DNA of 64,000 nucleotides from assembly GCF_018350175.1 (NCBI RefSeq), contig NC_058383.1, positions 22,694,001 through 22,758,000 of the forward strand, given 5' to 3'. Under the pieces are notes generated by a model. It worked only from the letters and a program-made list of their open reading frames with translations, did no database searches and was not told the origin of the DNA. A program made the position numbers and the translations under genes. This DNA is from Felis catus (lineage: Eukaryota). Below, piece after piece: positions 51,199 to 64,000 of the stretch (the first letter of the stretch is position 1; every line of letters starts with the position of its first letter).

Positions 51199-51913
51199 AA
51201 TAAACATAAAAGGGGCGCCTGGGTGGCTCCATTGGTAGAGTGTCCAACTTCAGCTCAGGTCATGATCTCACGGTTCGTGAGTTCAAGCCCCACATCGGGC
51301 TCTGGGCTGATAGCTCAGAGCCTGGAGCCTGCTTCAGATCCTGTGTTTCCCTCTCACTCTGTTCCTCCTCCATTTGTGCTCTGTCTCTGTCTCTCAAAAA
51401 TAAATGTTAAAAAAATAAAAAATATATAACAATGCAAATATTAAAAAAACATTAAAAATGGATACAAGAGTGGACTAAACTTGGGGGTGCTGTGGAGAGG
51501 GGAAAAAAGGTATACAGGAAACAGCAAGGGCTGAAGAGTGACTGAGGTTTAGCAGGTGGAGACCAGGCTGGGGCCATAACATTGTTAAAAGTCAGTCTTT
51601 GTGCAGAAGAAATCCATGTCCTGTGTTTGTTTTCTTAGTCTTAGAACTTTACCTGGGGTCAGTGCAGGAAACAGATTTTTACTTTACAGCAGAGCTGGAT
51701 GAACAGGTTCCTGAACTACTTCTTCGAGATGTTAGAGTTCCATTCATTGCGCTGGTAGAGAAGGCACTGGGCTTCTTTGGTTGATTCCCATCAAATTGCC
51801 CTTTAAAGGCTTAAAGGGGTGTGCTATTAACTCTCCCAGTTCCACATAACACATCATAGTTTGCAAAAATGTTCAAGTTGTATTCTGCATTTGGGATGTC
51901 TGTGAAAAAATGC

Positions 51914-51986
<73 letters not shown>

Positions 51987-52133
51987 TCGAGAGCAAGCAG
52001 GGGAGAAGGGCAGAGTCGAGAGAGAGAGAGAATCCCAAATACGACGCAGGGCTTGATCCCATGACTCTGGGATCATGACCTGAGCTGAAATCAAGAGTTG
52101 GCTGCTCAACTGACTGGGCCACCCAGGCACCTC
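49825..52133. mobile_element. CAN-SINEs in COG7 intron 1: 49825-49992(-), 51032-51455 (two, +), 51915-52133(-) with (CTTT)n; plus MIR/L2/L1M fragments
   Basis: SINE heads and tails, microsatellite tails. Confidence 0.85.
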
Positions 52134-52712
52134 AAAAAATGCAGCTTACTTAATATCACTTGATCTCCTACCAGACCTGTTAAATAAGAAACTCTGGCAG
52201 GTGCCTAGGGACCTGTATTTAACTGCAGTCCAGTTGATGCTGAGAGTCTGTGGACTCTGTTTTGAAAAGACCATGGAATGCAAACGGGCTAGACACATGT
52301 AAGGCTTGGTTTCAGCTCTGGGCAATCTTAAGCAAGTTACTCAACCTTCCTAAGCCTCAGTTTTCTTATTTCTAAGAGGTGGCTACTAATGATTACTGTG
52401 GACATTAAGTGATAGAACGTTGGTAAACCACCTGCACATAGCTGGCATCTACCCAGTGTCAGATTCTTTCATTCTGTCTCCTCACAGAGGGAGTTGCACT
52501 TTCACTCAGTGGTGGAAAACAGTTGGTGTTGGGTCGGGCTGATGGTTCCTTCCTTGTCAAATCACGTGACCCTCACCCATCAGACTGGGGAGGACATGGC
52601 CCTGGCAGAGGCCACCTCCCGGCCCACCTCCTCTCCACCCCGCATTTCCCGCAGGCTCAGAAAGCTGTGTAGTTGGTAGTGCTTTGGGGAAGAGTCCCTT
52701 CCTGTCTCCTGA

Positions 52713-52937
<225 letters not shown>

Positions 52938-53214
52938 TAAATGTTGATTCTTGGTTTTGGAAGACCTTCCCTCCCAACCTGAACTCCAAAGTCTGCCAGC
53001 CACTCAACACTCCTCTTTGGCTTGGTTCTTTCAGCTCGCACGTCTGTCTTCAGCACCTGCTGAACAATGTAGCCACATGATTGGTGTCGTAAGGGGCACA
53101 GAAGCTCCCTGAAGACAGGGGCACCTCACGGTGCTTATGTTTCAAGTCACTGGAGCAAGGTAGAGAAAAAGGAACTGCCATTCCTTAGTGTTTGATCCCT
53201 CATTTCTCTTTTAG

Positions 53215-53424
<210 letters not shown>

Positions 53425-54084
53425 TAAGGGGTAGTAAAACGCAGCACAGGAAGTGTGCAGGCAGAGGGTGGGAAGACCTGAAATTGCTCTGGGTCTTTCC
53501 ACCATCTTGAGTTTGTATCTCCTGATTGACTGAAGGCTTCTAGTCACAGAGTTTAGGAGAAGCCTCAGTAAAAAAGGCAGAGGAAATGGATTAGGAGAGT
53601 GTGGAGCACAGGCAGAGGGACCTTACCCATCATGGGATCCTGGCAAGGTACTTAACACCTCCTGGGCCGCCAACGGTAGTGAGTAGGAATGCTTTTGATA
53701 CCTGGTTATAAGGAGGAGGTCAGATGATGTCTTGTGAAAAACTCCTTTTCAGTTGTTAAGCAAAATGAATTCTTTATCCCTTTTGCTGGTTTTCAGAACT
53801 CTCACAAGTTTTTAAAAAAGTGCTTAGTGCACGTGGGGAAAAAATTCGTAGACAGGAATAAACAGCCAAAAACGTTTTCCCTGTAACCCTGACACCTCCC
53901 AGTGCCCTCATTTCCCTTCTCCGTACAAACTCTCGTACCACCTTTATACCTGTCCTTCCTGACACATACACACTTATATATGATCCCTGCCCTTTGGTTG
54001 CCATAAGTGGTAGCACATTGTGAACGCTGCTGGGCACTTTGTTTTTGTACTGAGAGATCTATTATTCCATATCAGTTATGTTTA

Positions 54085-56568
54085 TCTTTAACATAGAGAG
54101 AGCGGGGGAGGGGCAGAGAGAGGGGGCCAGAGGGTCTCTTCTGACAGCAGAGAGCCTGATGTGAGGCTCAAATTCAGGAACCTTGAGATCACAACCTGAG
54201 CCGAAATCAGATGCTCAACCAACTGAGCCGCCAGGCACCCCAGTTATGTTTATTTTTAAGTACAATAGAGCTCCTCTGGGCTCATGACAAGGTAATTGAT
54301 TTAGGCTTCATAGATGTGAGTTGCAAATCTTACTTGACTTCTGGCATGGATGTGACAGAGAATAGACCTAAGTACAGTCTCTGATTGCAATCTGTACACT
54401 ACTAATATTAACTAGCTAAAAGTTAGAAAGCTGCTTTCTCCCCTCCCAGCTATCCTGATATTCAGAACTAATTGCCCACAAGATCGCCTGTATCCACCTG
54501 GACATCCCCCTGGACACTGTAAACTAAATTCATTACTTCTGTCTAGAACCACTGCCCATTTGCTCTTCCCTTTGGCCTCCCTCTCTTGGTTAATGGCGGC
54601 ACTTCCCATGCAAGTATTGAGGCTGGGAACCTTGGCAGTCCTTAACTGTTCCCTCTCCCCATCTCTCCCGTCTTTCTCTGAAGTTGTCTGTTCCTTAGAT
54701 CCCTCTGCCACCACTCTGATCAAGCTTCCCATTGTTTTTCTCCTACACCATTTCAACATCCATCTGTCACTGCTGGCTCCCGCCCTCTCATTGGCAAACT
54801 CAGTTGCTCCCTCCCTGTGCCTCTTGAACCATAGTCCTTAATTTGTATCCTGATCTTTCTGTATGTGAACCCAAGGGCTATCCTGTGATCTTTGTGTTTC
54901 AATACGGTGTCTGACACATCGTAGACACCTTTCGGATGCTGAAATGAAACAATTACTGCATTCTTAATTCTTTTAAAAAATAGCTTTTCTAATTATAAAC
55001 ATAGTTTTATACACAGAATCGGAAGCAGGCTCCAGGCTCTGAGCTGTCAGCAACAGAGCCCAACGTGGGGCTCGAACCCACAAACCATGAAATCATGACC
55101 TGAGCTGAAGTCAGATGCTTAACCAACTGAGCCACCCAGATGCCCCTAAACATAATTTTTTTAAATGTCTATTTATCTTAGAGAGAGAGTGCTCACGGAA
55201 GCGGGGAAGGGGCAGAGAGAGAGGGAGAGAGAGAATTCCAAGCAGGCTGTGTGCTATCAGCACAAAGCCTTCCTTGGGGCTTGAACTCATGAACCGTGAG
55301 ATCATGACCTGAGCTGAAATCAAGAATCAGATGCTTAACTGACTGAGCAACCCAGGCGCCCCAAATTATAAACATAATTTGTGTGTGTCTGGAAGATTTG
55401 GAAAATTCAGAAAAATACAAGGCAGAGAACAAAATGAGCCTTATTCCTATGTCCTAGTAATATGCTTTTTATGTCTAGTAGGTATTTTTCTATGTATTTT
55501 TACATATTTGCACCTGTGTATTTTATATGTATGCATATATTTCAGGTATATAGACATTTACATATATTTTAGTGTCTATTCTTTTTTATCTTATTTTGCT
55601 ATAAATAAATATAAAATCATATTTTATAATATATATTTTATAATCATATAAATCATATTTTGCTATGTAATTAATACTTTTCAAAAACATGATCTTTAAT
55701 GGCTGCACAGTATTCCACATTCCATTATGAGGGACTCAGCCTTTATATTTTATTTGTTATCAGGGAGGATTTAGGTTGCTTCTAGGTTTTTGTTATTACA
55801 ACACTAGAATCACATTAATTAATTAAAATGCATGAATATCTCTGTGTCCCTCTGATTGTTTCTTTTTTTAAGTCTTTATTTTTAAGTAATTTCTATACCC
55901 CACGTGGGGCTCGAACGCACAACCCTGAGATCATACTATACCAACAGAGCCAGCCAGGCACCCCCTTCTAATTGTTTCTTTAGGACATATTTTTAGAAAA
56001 GGAAATACCAGGTCAAAAGATATGAATAGTTTTCGGGGCACCTGGGTGGCTCTGTCGGTTAAGCGTCCAACTTCAGCTCAGGTCATGATCTCGTGGTCCA
56101 TGAGCTCGAGCCCCATGTCAAGCTCTGTGCTGACAGCTCAGAGCCTGGAGCCTGCTTCAGATTCTGTGTCTCCCTCTCTCTCTGCCCCTCCCTCACTCAC
56201 ACTCTATCTCTCTCTCTTCCTCAAAAATAAACATTAAAAAAAATTTTAAAGATATGAATAGTATTCAAGGCTCTTGATGCATATTGCTAAATTGTTTCTA
56301 GAAAGACAGTGTAAATTTATGGTACCAGGTAGACTTTTTTCTTCACACCCTCACTAACAATAGCTATTATAATTTTTCCAGGGTTTTTCCACTTTGTTAG
56401 GAGGAAAACTCTTGTTTTAATTTTATGAATTGTCTTTTCATGTATTTTGTCCGTTCTTTTTTTTTTTTTTTTTTTTTTTAAGTAGACTCCACAACCAACA
56501 TGGGGCTTGAACTCACAACCCTGAGGTCAGGAGTCACATTCTGTACCAACTGCACCAGGCAGGCACTC
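54085..56568. mobile_element. CAN-SINEs in COG7 intron 3 (five -, one + at 56035-56250)
   Basis: SINE bodies; TSDs such as aaagatatgaatagt and tgtattttgtcc.ttctt. Confidence 0.85.
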
Positions 56569-56642
56569 TGTATTTTGTCCATTCTTAATTGAAGTACCTG
56601 GGTCTTTTAAAGTAAATATCCCCAATTGTGGTCTTTTTATAG

Positions 56643-56811
56643 GACATAGCTGTGATTTCTGCCAAGCTGACAGGTCTGCAGAACAGTTTAATGATGCTTG
56701 TGGATACTCCAGACTACTCAGAAAAGTGTGTGCACTTGGAGGCCCTGAAGAACAGGCTGGAGGCCCTGGCCTCCCCGCAGATTGTAGCGGTATTCACCTC
56801 TCAGTCTATAG
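56643..56811 (+). CDS. COG7: COG7 exon 4 (gene continues beyond the window)
   Basis: tag|[56 protein letters not shown]|gtgagt; 169 nt. Confidence 0.97.
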
Positions 56812-57831
56812 GTGAGTGCTAGCCCTTTCTCATCTTTGTGTGCACCTCTTTACAAAGGTCAGGCTTTTCGAGTCTTCAACCTCTTGAATGTCTTAATGTG
56901 GATTAAATTATGTAGATCGGAAGTTAACTTGTAACTTTCTGGGGTGGTCACCTTTTTTCAGTATTTTATACGATGAGCATTTTCAAACATACAGAAAAGC
57001 TGAAATAAGTGTACGACAGACACACCGTCTAGACCCCAGCCTGGTGTTTTACCAGATTTGCTTTGTTACTTACCTATCCACCCATCCATCTCCCTCTCCA
57101 TCCATGTTCTGTTTTGGATGAATGTCAAAGTAACTGATAGATACCAGCATTTCATTCTTAAACGCTTCAGCATTCGTATCGATAACTGGAGTTCAGTATT
57201 GGTTTGTGATTCTCTTTTTTTGAGGTAAAATTTACATTTAGAGAAATGCGCAAATCTTAAGTGTACCGTTTGATGAGTTTTGGCCCTTATCAAGTATTAT
57301 TTTTATTTCCTCTGATTTACTAATATGGGAGATCTATTAATAGCATTCCTAATATTGTATCATTCTTGCAACTCAAGAACAAGCCCCACATGTTTACGGG
57401 ATATCTGTGTGTGTGTGTGTATGTGTGTGTATGCATGTGCATGGTAATGTACTACTGCATACTTTGCTGATACTTCATTTAGAATTTTTTCATAGAAATC
57501 CCCTTAGTAAATATCTTTGTCAGGCTTTAGTATCCTGGTTGTGTCGGCTTCATAAAAATGATTTGTAAGCTTTTATTCTTCCTTATTACTCTGTTAGGTT
57601 TTAAGGAACATTTTTATCAAATACTGCCATGGCTCCATTGAATGCTTTCTGCCTGCTGTTCAACTTGGGTGTGAATATTACAACTTCTGCCTTGTTTTTT
57701 GTTTGTATTTGCTTTAGTATGGCTTTACCCACTTTTTTTTTTTTTTAGCCTTCAAGCTTTCTGTGATGTTTTATTTTAGACTGGCTATTGGAGATGGCAT
57801 ATGGTTGAATTTTGTTTTTTGATCTAGTTCG

Positions 57832-58052
57832 TCCTTCCTTCCTTCCTTCTTTCCTTCCTTCCTCCTTCCCTCCCTCCCTCCCTCTTTCTTTTTCTTCCTT
57901 CCATTTTTTTCCTTCCTTCCTTCCTTCCTTCCTTCCTTCCTTCCTTCCTTCCTTCCTTCCTTCCTTCCTTCCTTCCTTCCTTTCTTTCTCTTTCTTTTCT
58001 TTTCTTTTTTCTTTTCTCTTCTCTTTTCTTTTCTTTTCTTTTCTTTTCTTTC
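57832..58052. repeat. (CCTT)n/(CTTTT)n polypyrimidine tract, expanded SINE tail
   Basis: About 220 nt almost purely C/T, directly followed by an antisense SINE fragment. Confidence 0.95.
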
Positions 58053-58145
58053 GTGGCTCCTTGCCCAACATGGGGCTTGAACTCACAACCCTGAGATCAA
58101 GAGTCACATGCTGACTGAGCCAGCCAGGCACTCCTAATCCTTGTA

Positions 58146-58382
58146 TTTTTTAATTTTATTTTTATTTTTTTTTTCAACGTTTTTTATTTATTTTTTTTGG
58201 GACAGAGAGAGACAGAGCATGAACGGGGGAGGGGCAGAGAGAGAGGGAGACACAGAATCGGAAACAGGCTCCAGGCTCCGAGCCATCAGCTCAGAGCCTG
58301 ACGCGGGGCTCGAACTCACAGACCACGAGATAGTGACCTGGCTGAAGTCGGACGCTTAACTGACTGCGCCACCCAGGCGCCT
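58146..58382 (-). mobile_element. Young antisense CAN-SINE
   Basis: TSD tccttgtattttttaat. Confidence 0.93.
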
Positions 58383-58834
58383 CTCCTTGTATTTTTTAAT
58401 AAGTGACTTTATACCATTTAGGTTTTTGTTTTAACAGAAATTTTCAGTCTTGTGTGTGTGTCTCTACATTTCTTGCTTACTGTTTCTGTTTTCTTTGTGT
58501 TTTTTTTCTCTCACAGATGATTTGAAAGATATATAACTTGATTTTCGTTTTTCTAGTGATTTATTATTTCAGATACTAAACTAAGCTTCTTTCTCAATTT
58601 ATTGGCCTCGTAATGAAACAATATCTGACTCCCCCAGTTAGTGAACTTTGATTCCTCCTGCTTCCCACTTACCCCACTTCCCCACTCGATCTAGAAGATT
58701 GCATAGTCTAGAATTTTAATCATGGCATACTATCAAATTATTAATTATTAATTTTTTATCATAGGGCTTCTCTCTCTAAACTTTTAACTGTTAGACAATT
58801 ATCATATTTTGTAATATTTTATTTTTATGTAACT

Positions 58835-61800
58835 GTTTTCTTTTTTGTTGTTAAATTATATTTGTTTTTAGATTTTTTTTTAATTAACTTGTTTTATTTT
58901 TTATTTTTTAAAATTTATATCCAAATTAGTTAGCATATAGTGCAACAGTGATTTCGGGAGTAGATTCCTTAGTGCCCCTTACCCATTTAGCCCATCCCCT
59001 CCTCCCACAACCCCTCCCGTAACCCTCAGTTTGTTCTTCATATTTATGAGTCTCTTCTGTTTTGTCTCCCTCCCTGTTTTTAGATTATTTTTGTTTCCCT
59101 TTCCTTATGTTCATCTGTTTTGTCTCTTAAAGTCCTCATATGAGTCAAGTCATAGGATTTTTGTCTTTCTCTGACTAATTTCACTTAGCATAATACCCTC
59201 CAGTTCCATCCACGTAGTTGCAAATGGCAAGATTTCATTCTTTTTTGATTGCCGAGTAATACTCCATTGCATATATATACCACATCTTCTTTATCCATTC
59301 ATCCATCAATGGACATTTGGGTTCTTTCCATACTTTGGCTATTGTTGATAGTGCTGCTATAGACATGGGGGTGCATGTGTCTCTTTCAAGCAGCACACCT
59401 GTATCCCGTGGATAAATGCCTAGTAGTGCAATTGCTGGGTCGTAGGGTAGTTCTCTTTTTAGTTTTTTGAGGAATCTCCATACTGTTTTCCAGAGTGGCT
59501 ACACCACCTTGCATTCCCACCAACAATGCAAAAGAGATCATCTTTCTCCACACCCTTGCCAACATCTGTTGTTGCCTGAGTTGTTACTGTTAGCCATTCT
59601 GACAGGTGTGAAGTGGTATCTCATTTTGGTTTTGATTTGTATTTCCCTGATGATGAGTGATGTTGAGCATTTTTTGGCCATCTGGATGTCTTCTTTGGAG
59701 AAGTGTCTATTCATGTCTTTTGCCCATTTCTTCACTAGATTATTTGTTTTTTTGGGTGTTGAGTTTGATAAGTTTTTTATAGATTTTGGATACTGACCCT
59801 TTATCTGATATGTCATTTGCAAATATCTTCTCCCATTCTGTCAGTTGCCTTTTAGTTTTGCTGATTGTTTCCTTCACTGTGCAGAAGTTTTTTTATTTTG
59901 ATGAGGTCCCAGTAGTTCATTTTGGCTGGCCTTTGTTTCCCTTGCCTGTGGAGACGTGTTGAGTAAGAAGTTGCTGTGGCCAAGATCAAAGAGGTTTTTG
60001 CCTGCTTTCTCCTCGAGGATTTTGATGGCTTCCTGTCTTACATTTAGGTCTTTCATCCATGTTGAGTTTATTTTTGTGTCTGGTGAAAGAAAGTGGTCCA
60101 GGTTCATTCTTCTGCATGTCACTGTCCAGCTTTTCCAGCACCACTTACTGAAGACACTGTCTTTATTCCATTGGATATTCTTTCCTGCTTTGTCAAAGAT
60201 GAGTTGGCCATCTGTTTGTGGGTCCGTTTCTGGGTTCTCTATTCTGTTCCATTGATCTGAGTGTCTGTTCTTGTGCCAGTACCATACTGTCTTGATGATT
60301 ACAGCTGTGTAGTACAGCTTGAAGTCTGGGATTGTGATGCCTCCTGCTTTGGTTTTCTTTTTCAAGATCGCTTTGGCTATGCGGGGTCTTTTCTGGTTCC
60401 ATACAAATTGTAGGATTATTTGTTCTAGCTCTGTGAAGAATGCTGGTGTTATTTTGATAGGGATTGAATTGAATATGTAGATTGCTTTGGGTAGTATCGA
60501 CATGTTAACAATATTTGTTCTTCCTATCCAGGAGCATGGAATCTTTTTCCATTTTTTTGTGTCTTCTTAAATTTCTTTCATAAGATTTCTGTAGTTTTCA
60601 GTGTATAGATTTCTCACCTCTTTGGTTAGATTTTTTCCTAGGTACTGTATGGGTTTTGGTGTAATTGTAGATGGGATCGATTCCTTGATTTCTCTGTTGC
60701 TTCATTGTTGGTGTATAGGAATGCAACTGATTTCTGTGTGTTGATTTTATATCCTGCAACTTTGCTGAATTCATGAATTAATTATAGCAGTTTTTTGGTG
60801 GAATCTTTTGGGTTTTCCATATAGAGTATCATGTCATCTGCAGAGTGAAAGTTTGACCTCCTCCTGGCCGATTTCTTTGTGTTGTCTGATTGCAGAGGCT
60901 AAGACTTCCAATACTACGTTGAATAACAGTGGTGAGAGTGGACATCCCTGTCTTGTTCCTGACCTTAGGGGGAAAGCTCTCAGTTTTTCCCACTAAGGAT
61001 GATATTAGAATTGGGTCTTTCATATATGGCTTTTATGATCTAGAGGTGTCATCCTTCTATCCGTACTTTCTTGAGGGTTTTTATCAAGAAAGGATGCTGT
61101 ATTTTGTCAAATGCTTTCTCTGCATTTGTTGAGAGGATCATATGGTTCTTGTCCTTTCTTTTATTGATGTGATGAATCACGTTAATTGTTTTGTGGATAT
61201 TGAACTAGCCCTGCATCCCAGGTGTAAATCCCACCTGGTTGTGGTGAATAATTTTTTTTAATGTACTGTTGGATCCAGTTGGCTAATATCTTGTTGAGGA
61301 TTTTTGCATCCATGTTCATCAGGGAAACTGGTCTGTAGTTCTCCATTTTAATGAGGTCTCTCTCTGGTTTTGGAATCAAAGTAATGCTGGCTTCATAGAA
61401 AGAGTTTGGGAGTTTTCCTTCCATTTCTATTTTTTGGAACAACTTCAAGAGAATAGGTGTTAACTCTTCCTTAAATATTTGGTAGAATTCCCCTGGAAAG
61501 CGATCTGGCCATGGACTCTTTTTTTTTTTTTTTGGCAGATTTTTTATTACTAATTCAATTTCCTTACTTTTTATGGATCTGTTCAAATTTTCTATTTCTT
61601 CCTGTTTCAGTTTCGGTAGTGTATATGTTTCTGGGAATTTGTCCATTTCTTCCAGATTGCCCATTTTATTGGCATATAATTGCTCATAATATTGTCTTAT
61701 TATTGTTTTTATTTCTGCTGTGTTGGTTGTGATCTCTCCTCTTTCATTCTTAATTTTATTTATTTGGGTCCCTTCCTTTTTCTTTTGGATCCAGCTGGCT

Positions 61801-61864
61801 AGTGGTTTATCAATTTTGTTAATTCTTTCAAAGAACCAGCCTCTGGTTTCATTGATCAGTTCTA

Positions 61865-61900
<36 letters not shown>

Positions 61901-62990
61901 GTTTCGATAGCATTAGTTTCTGCTCTAATCTTTATTATTTCCTGTCTTCTGCTGGTTTTGGGTTTTATTTGCTGTTCTTTTTTCCAGCTCCTTAAGGCTT
62001 AAGGTTAGGTTGTGTATCTGAGATCTTTCTTCCTTCTTTAGGAAGGCCTGGTATACTTTCCTCTTATGCTATATACTTTCCTCTTATGACTTCCTTTGCT
62101 GCATCCCAGAGGTTTTGGGTGGTGGTGTTATCATTTTCAGTGACTTCCATATACTTTTTAATTTCCTCCTTAACTGCTTAGTTAGCCCATTCATTCTTTA
62201 GTAGGATGTTCTTCAATCTCCAAGTATTTGTTACCTTTCCAAATTTTTTCTTGTGGTTGATTTTGAGTTTCATAGCATTGTGGTCTGAAAATATGCATGG
62301 TATAATCTCGATCTTTTTGTACTTACTTAGGGCTGATTTGTTTCCCAGTATATGGTGTATTCTGGACAATGTTCCATGTGCAGTGGAAAAGAATATATAT
62401 TCTGCTGCTTCAGGATGAAATGTTCTGAATATATCTGTTAAGTCCATCTGGTCCAGTGTGTTTCCTTGTTGATTTTTTTGATTAGATGATATTTCCATTG
62501 CTGTGAGTGGGGTGTTGAAGTCTCCTACTATTATGATATTACTATCGATGAGTTTCTTTATGTTTGTGATTAATTGATTTATATGGGTGCTCACAATTGT
62601 TAGGTCTTCTTGGTAGATAGACCCCTTAATTATGATATAATGCCTTTCCTCATCTCTTGATACAATATTTTAAAGTCTAGATTGTCTGATATAATTATGG
62701 CTACCACCGCTTTCTTTTGTTGACCATTAGCATGATAGATGGTTCTCCATCCCCTTATTTTCAATCCGAAGGGGTCTTTAGGTCTAAAGCGGGTCTCTTA
62801 TAAACAGCATACAGATGGATCTTGTTTTCTTATCCATTCTGTTGCCCTATGTCTTTTGATTGGATTATTGAGTCCATTGACGTTTCAAGTGAGTACTGAA
62901 AGATATGAATTTATTGCCATTATGATGCTTGTAGAGTTGGAGTTTCTGGTGGTGTTCTCTGGTCCTTTCTAATCTTTGCTGCTTTTGGTA

Positions 62991-63028
<38 letters not shown>

Positions 63029-64000
63029 CATCTTTTCTCCCCTCAGAGAGTCTCCCTTAAAATTTCTTGCAGGGCTGGTTTAGTGGTCACAAACTCCTTT
63101 AATTTTTGTTTGTCTGGGAAACTTTTTATGTCTCCTTTTTTGAATGTGAATGATAGCCTTGCTGGATAAAGAATTCTTGGCTGCATATTTATCTGATTCA
63201 GCACATTGAATATATCCCACCACTCCTTTCTGGCCTGCCAAGTTTCTGCGGATAGGTCTGCTGCAAACCTGATCTGTCTTCCCTTGTAGGTTAAGGACTT
63301 TTTTTTCCCTTGCTGCTTTCATGATTCTTTTCTTGCCTGAGTATTTTGTGAATTTGACTATGATATGCCTTGTTGATGGTCAGTTTTTGTTGAATCTAAT
63401 GTGGGTCCTCTGTGCTTCCTGGATTTTGATGTCTGTGTCTTTCCCCAGGTTAGGAAAGTTTTCTGCTATGATTTGCTCACCTAACCCTTCTACCCCTATT
63501 TCTCTCTCCTCTTCTGGGACACCTATGATTCTGATTTTGTTCCTTTTTTATGAGTCACTGATTTCTCTAATTCTTTTATTATTATTATTATTATTATTTA
63601 ACATTTTTATTTGTTTTGAGACAGAGAGAGACAGAGCATGAACAGGGGAGGGGCAGAGAGAGAGGGAGACACAGAATCCAAAGCAGGCTCCAGGCTCTGA
63701 GCTGTCAGCACGGAGCCCGACGCGGGGCTCGAACTCACGGACCGCGAGATCATGACCTGGGCCGAAGTTGAACGCCCAACCGACTGAGCCACCCAGGCAC
63801 CCCATGATTTTTCTAATTCTTAAATCGTGCTCTTTTGCCTTAATCTCCCTCTTTTTTTCTGCTTCATTATTCTCTATAAGTTTGTCCTCTATATCGCTGA
63901 TTTTCTGTTCTGCCTCATCCATTCTTGCCACTGCTGCATCCATCTGTGATTGCAGCTCAGTTATAGCATTTTTAATTTCATTCTGACTATTTTTACTTCT
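58835..64000 (-). mobile_element. Long carnivore/feline L1, inactivated; ORF2 about 62720-59200, ORF1 from about 63040 to the window end
   Basis: Minus-strand ORF fragments: endonuclease (IIVGDFNTPLT, SDHNAMKL), [45 protein letters not shown]1 coiled coil. Multiple frameshifts. Confidence 0.97.
63576..63803 (-). mobile_element. CAN-SINE inserted in L1 ORF1
   Basis: 17-bp TSD tgatt(tc/tt)tctaattctt with one mismatch. Confidence 0.95.

Noticed and set aside
57745..58131. Lys/Glu/Arg-rich 128-aa ORF
   Set aside because: Translation of a microsatellite.
59874..62594. Long minus-strand ORFs as an active reverse transcriptase gene
   Set aside because: Fragmented L1 ORF2 with frameshifts and stops; non-functional.

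Overview
Mammalian genomic DNA, almost certainly a felid given the cat-type CAN-SINEs and a feline-like L1. The window holds the complete 17-exon GGA2 gene on the + strand (ATG 2733, TAA 36199-36201; spliced CDS 1854 nt = 617 aa; all introns GT-AG with matching phases). A repeat-rich spacer follows, then exons 1-4 of COG7 on the + strand (ATG 48037), whose intron 4 contains a long antisense L1 running off the window end. Both genes have CpG-island promoters. The rest is about 45 CAN-SINEs, old L1/L2/MIR fragments, MaLR/ERV LTRs and MER DNA transposons. Repeat family names are recalled from consensus sequences and their boundaries are approximate. Most ORF-track entries are repeat-derived noise. 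I find no new coding system. The most notable observation is an antisense SINE inserted inside the GGA2 exon 3 splice acceptor, whose 18-bp target-site duplication rebuilds the acceptor. Also notable are repeated SINE insertion at identical target sites and closely spaced inverted SINE pairs.
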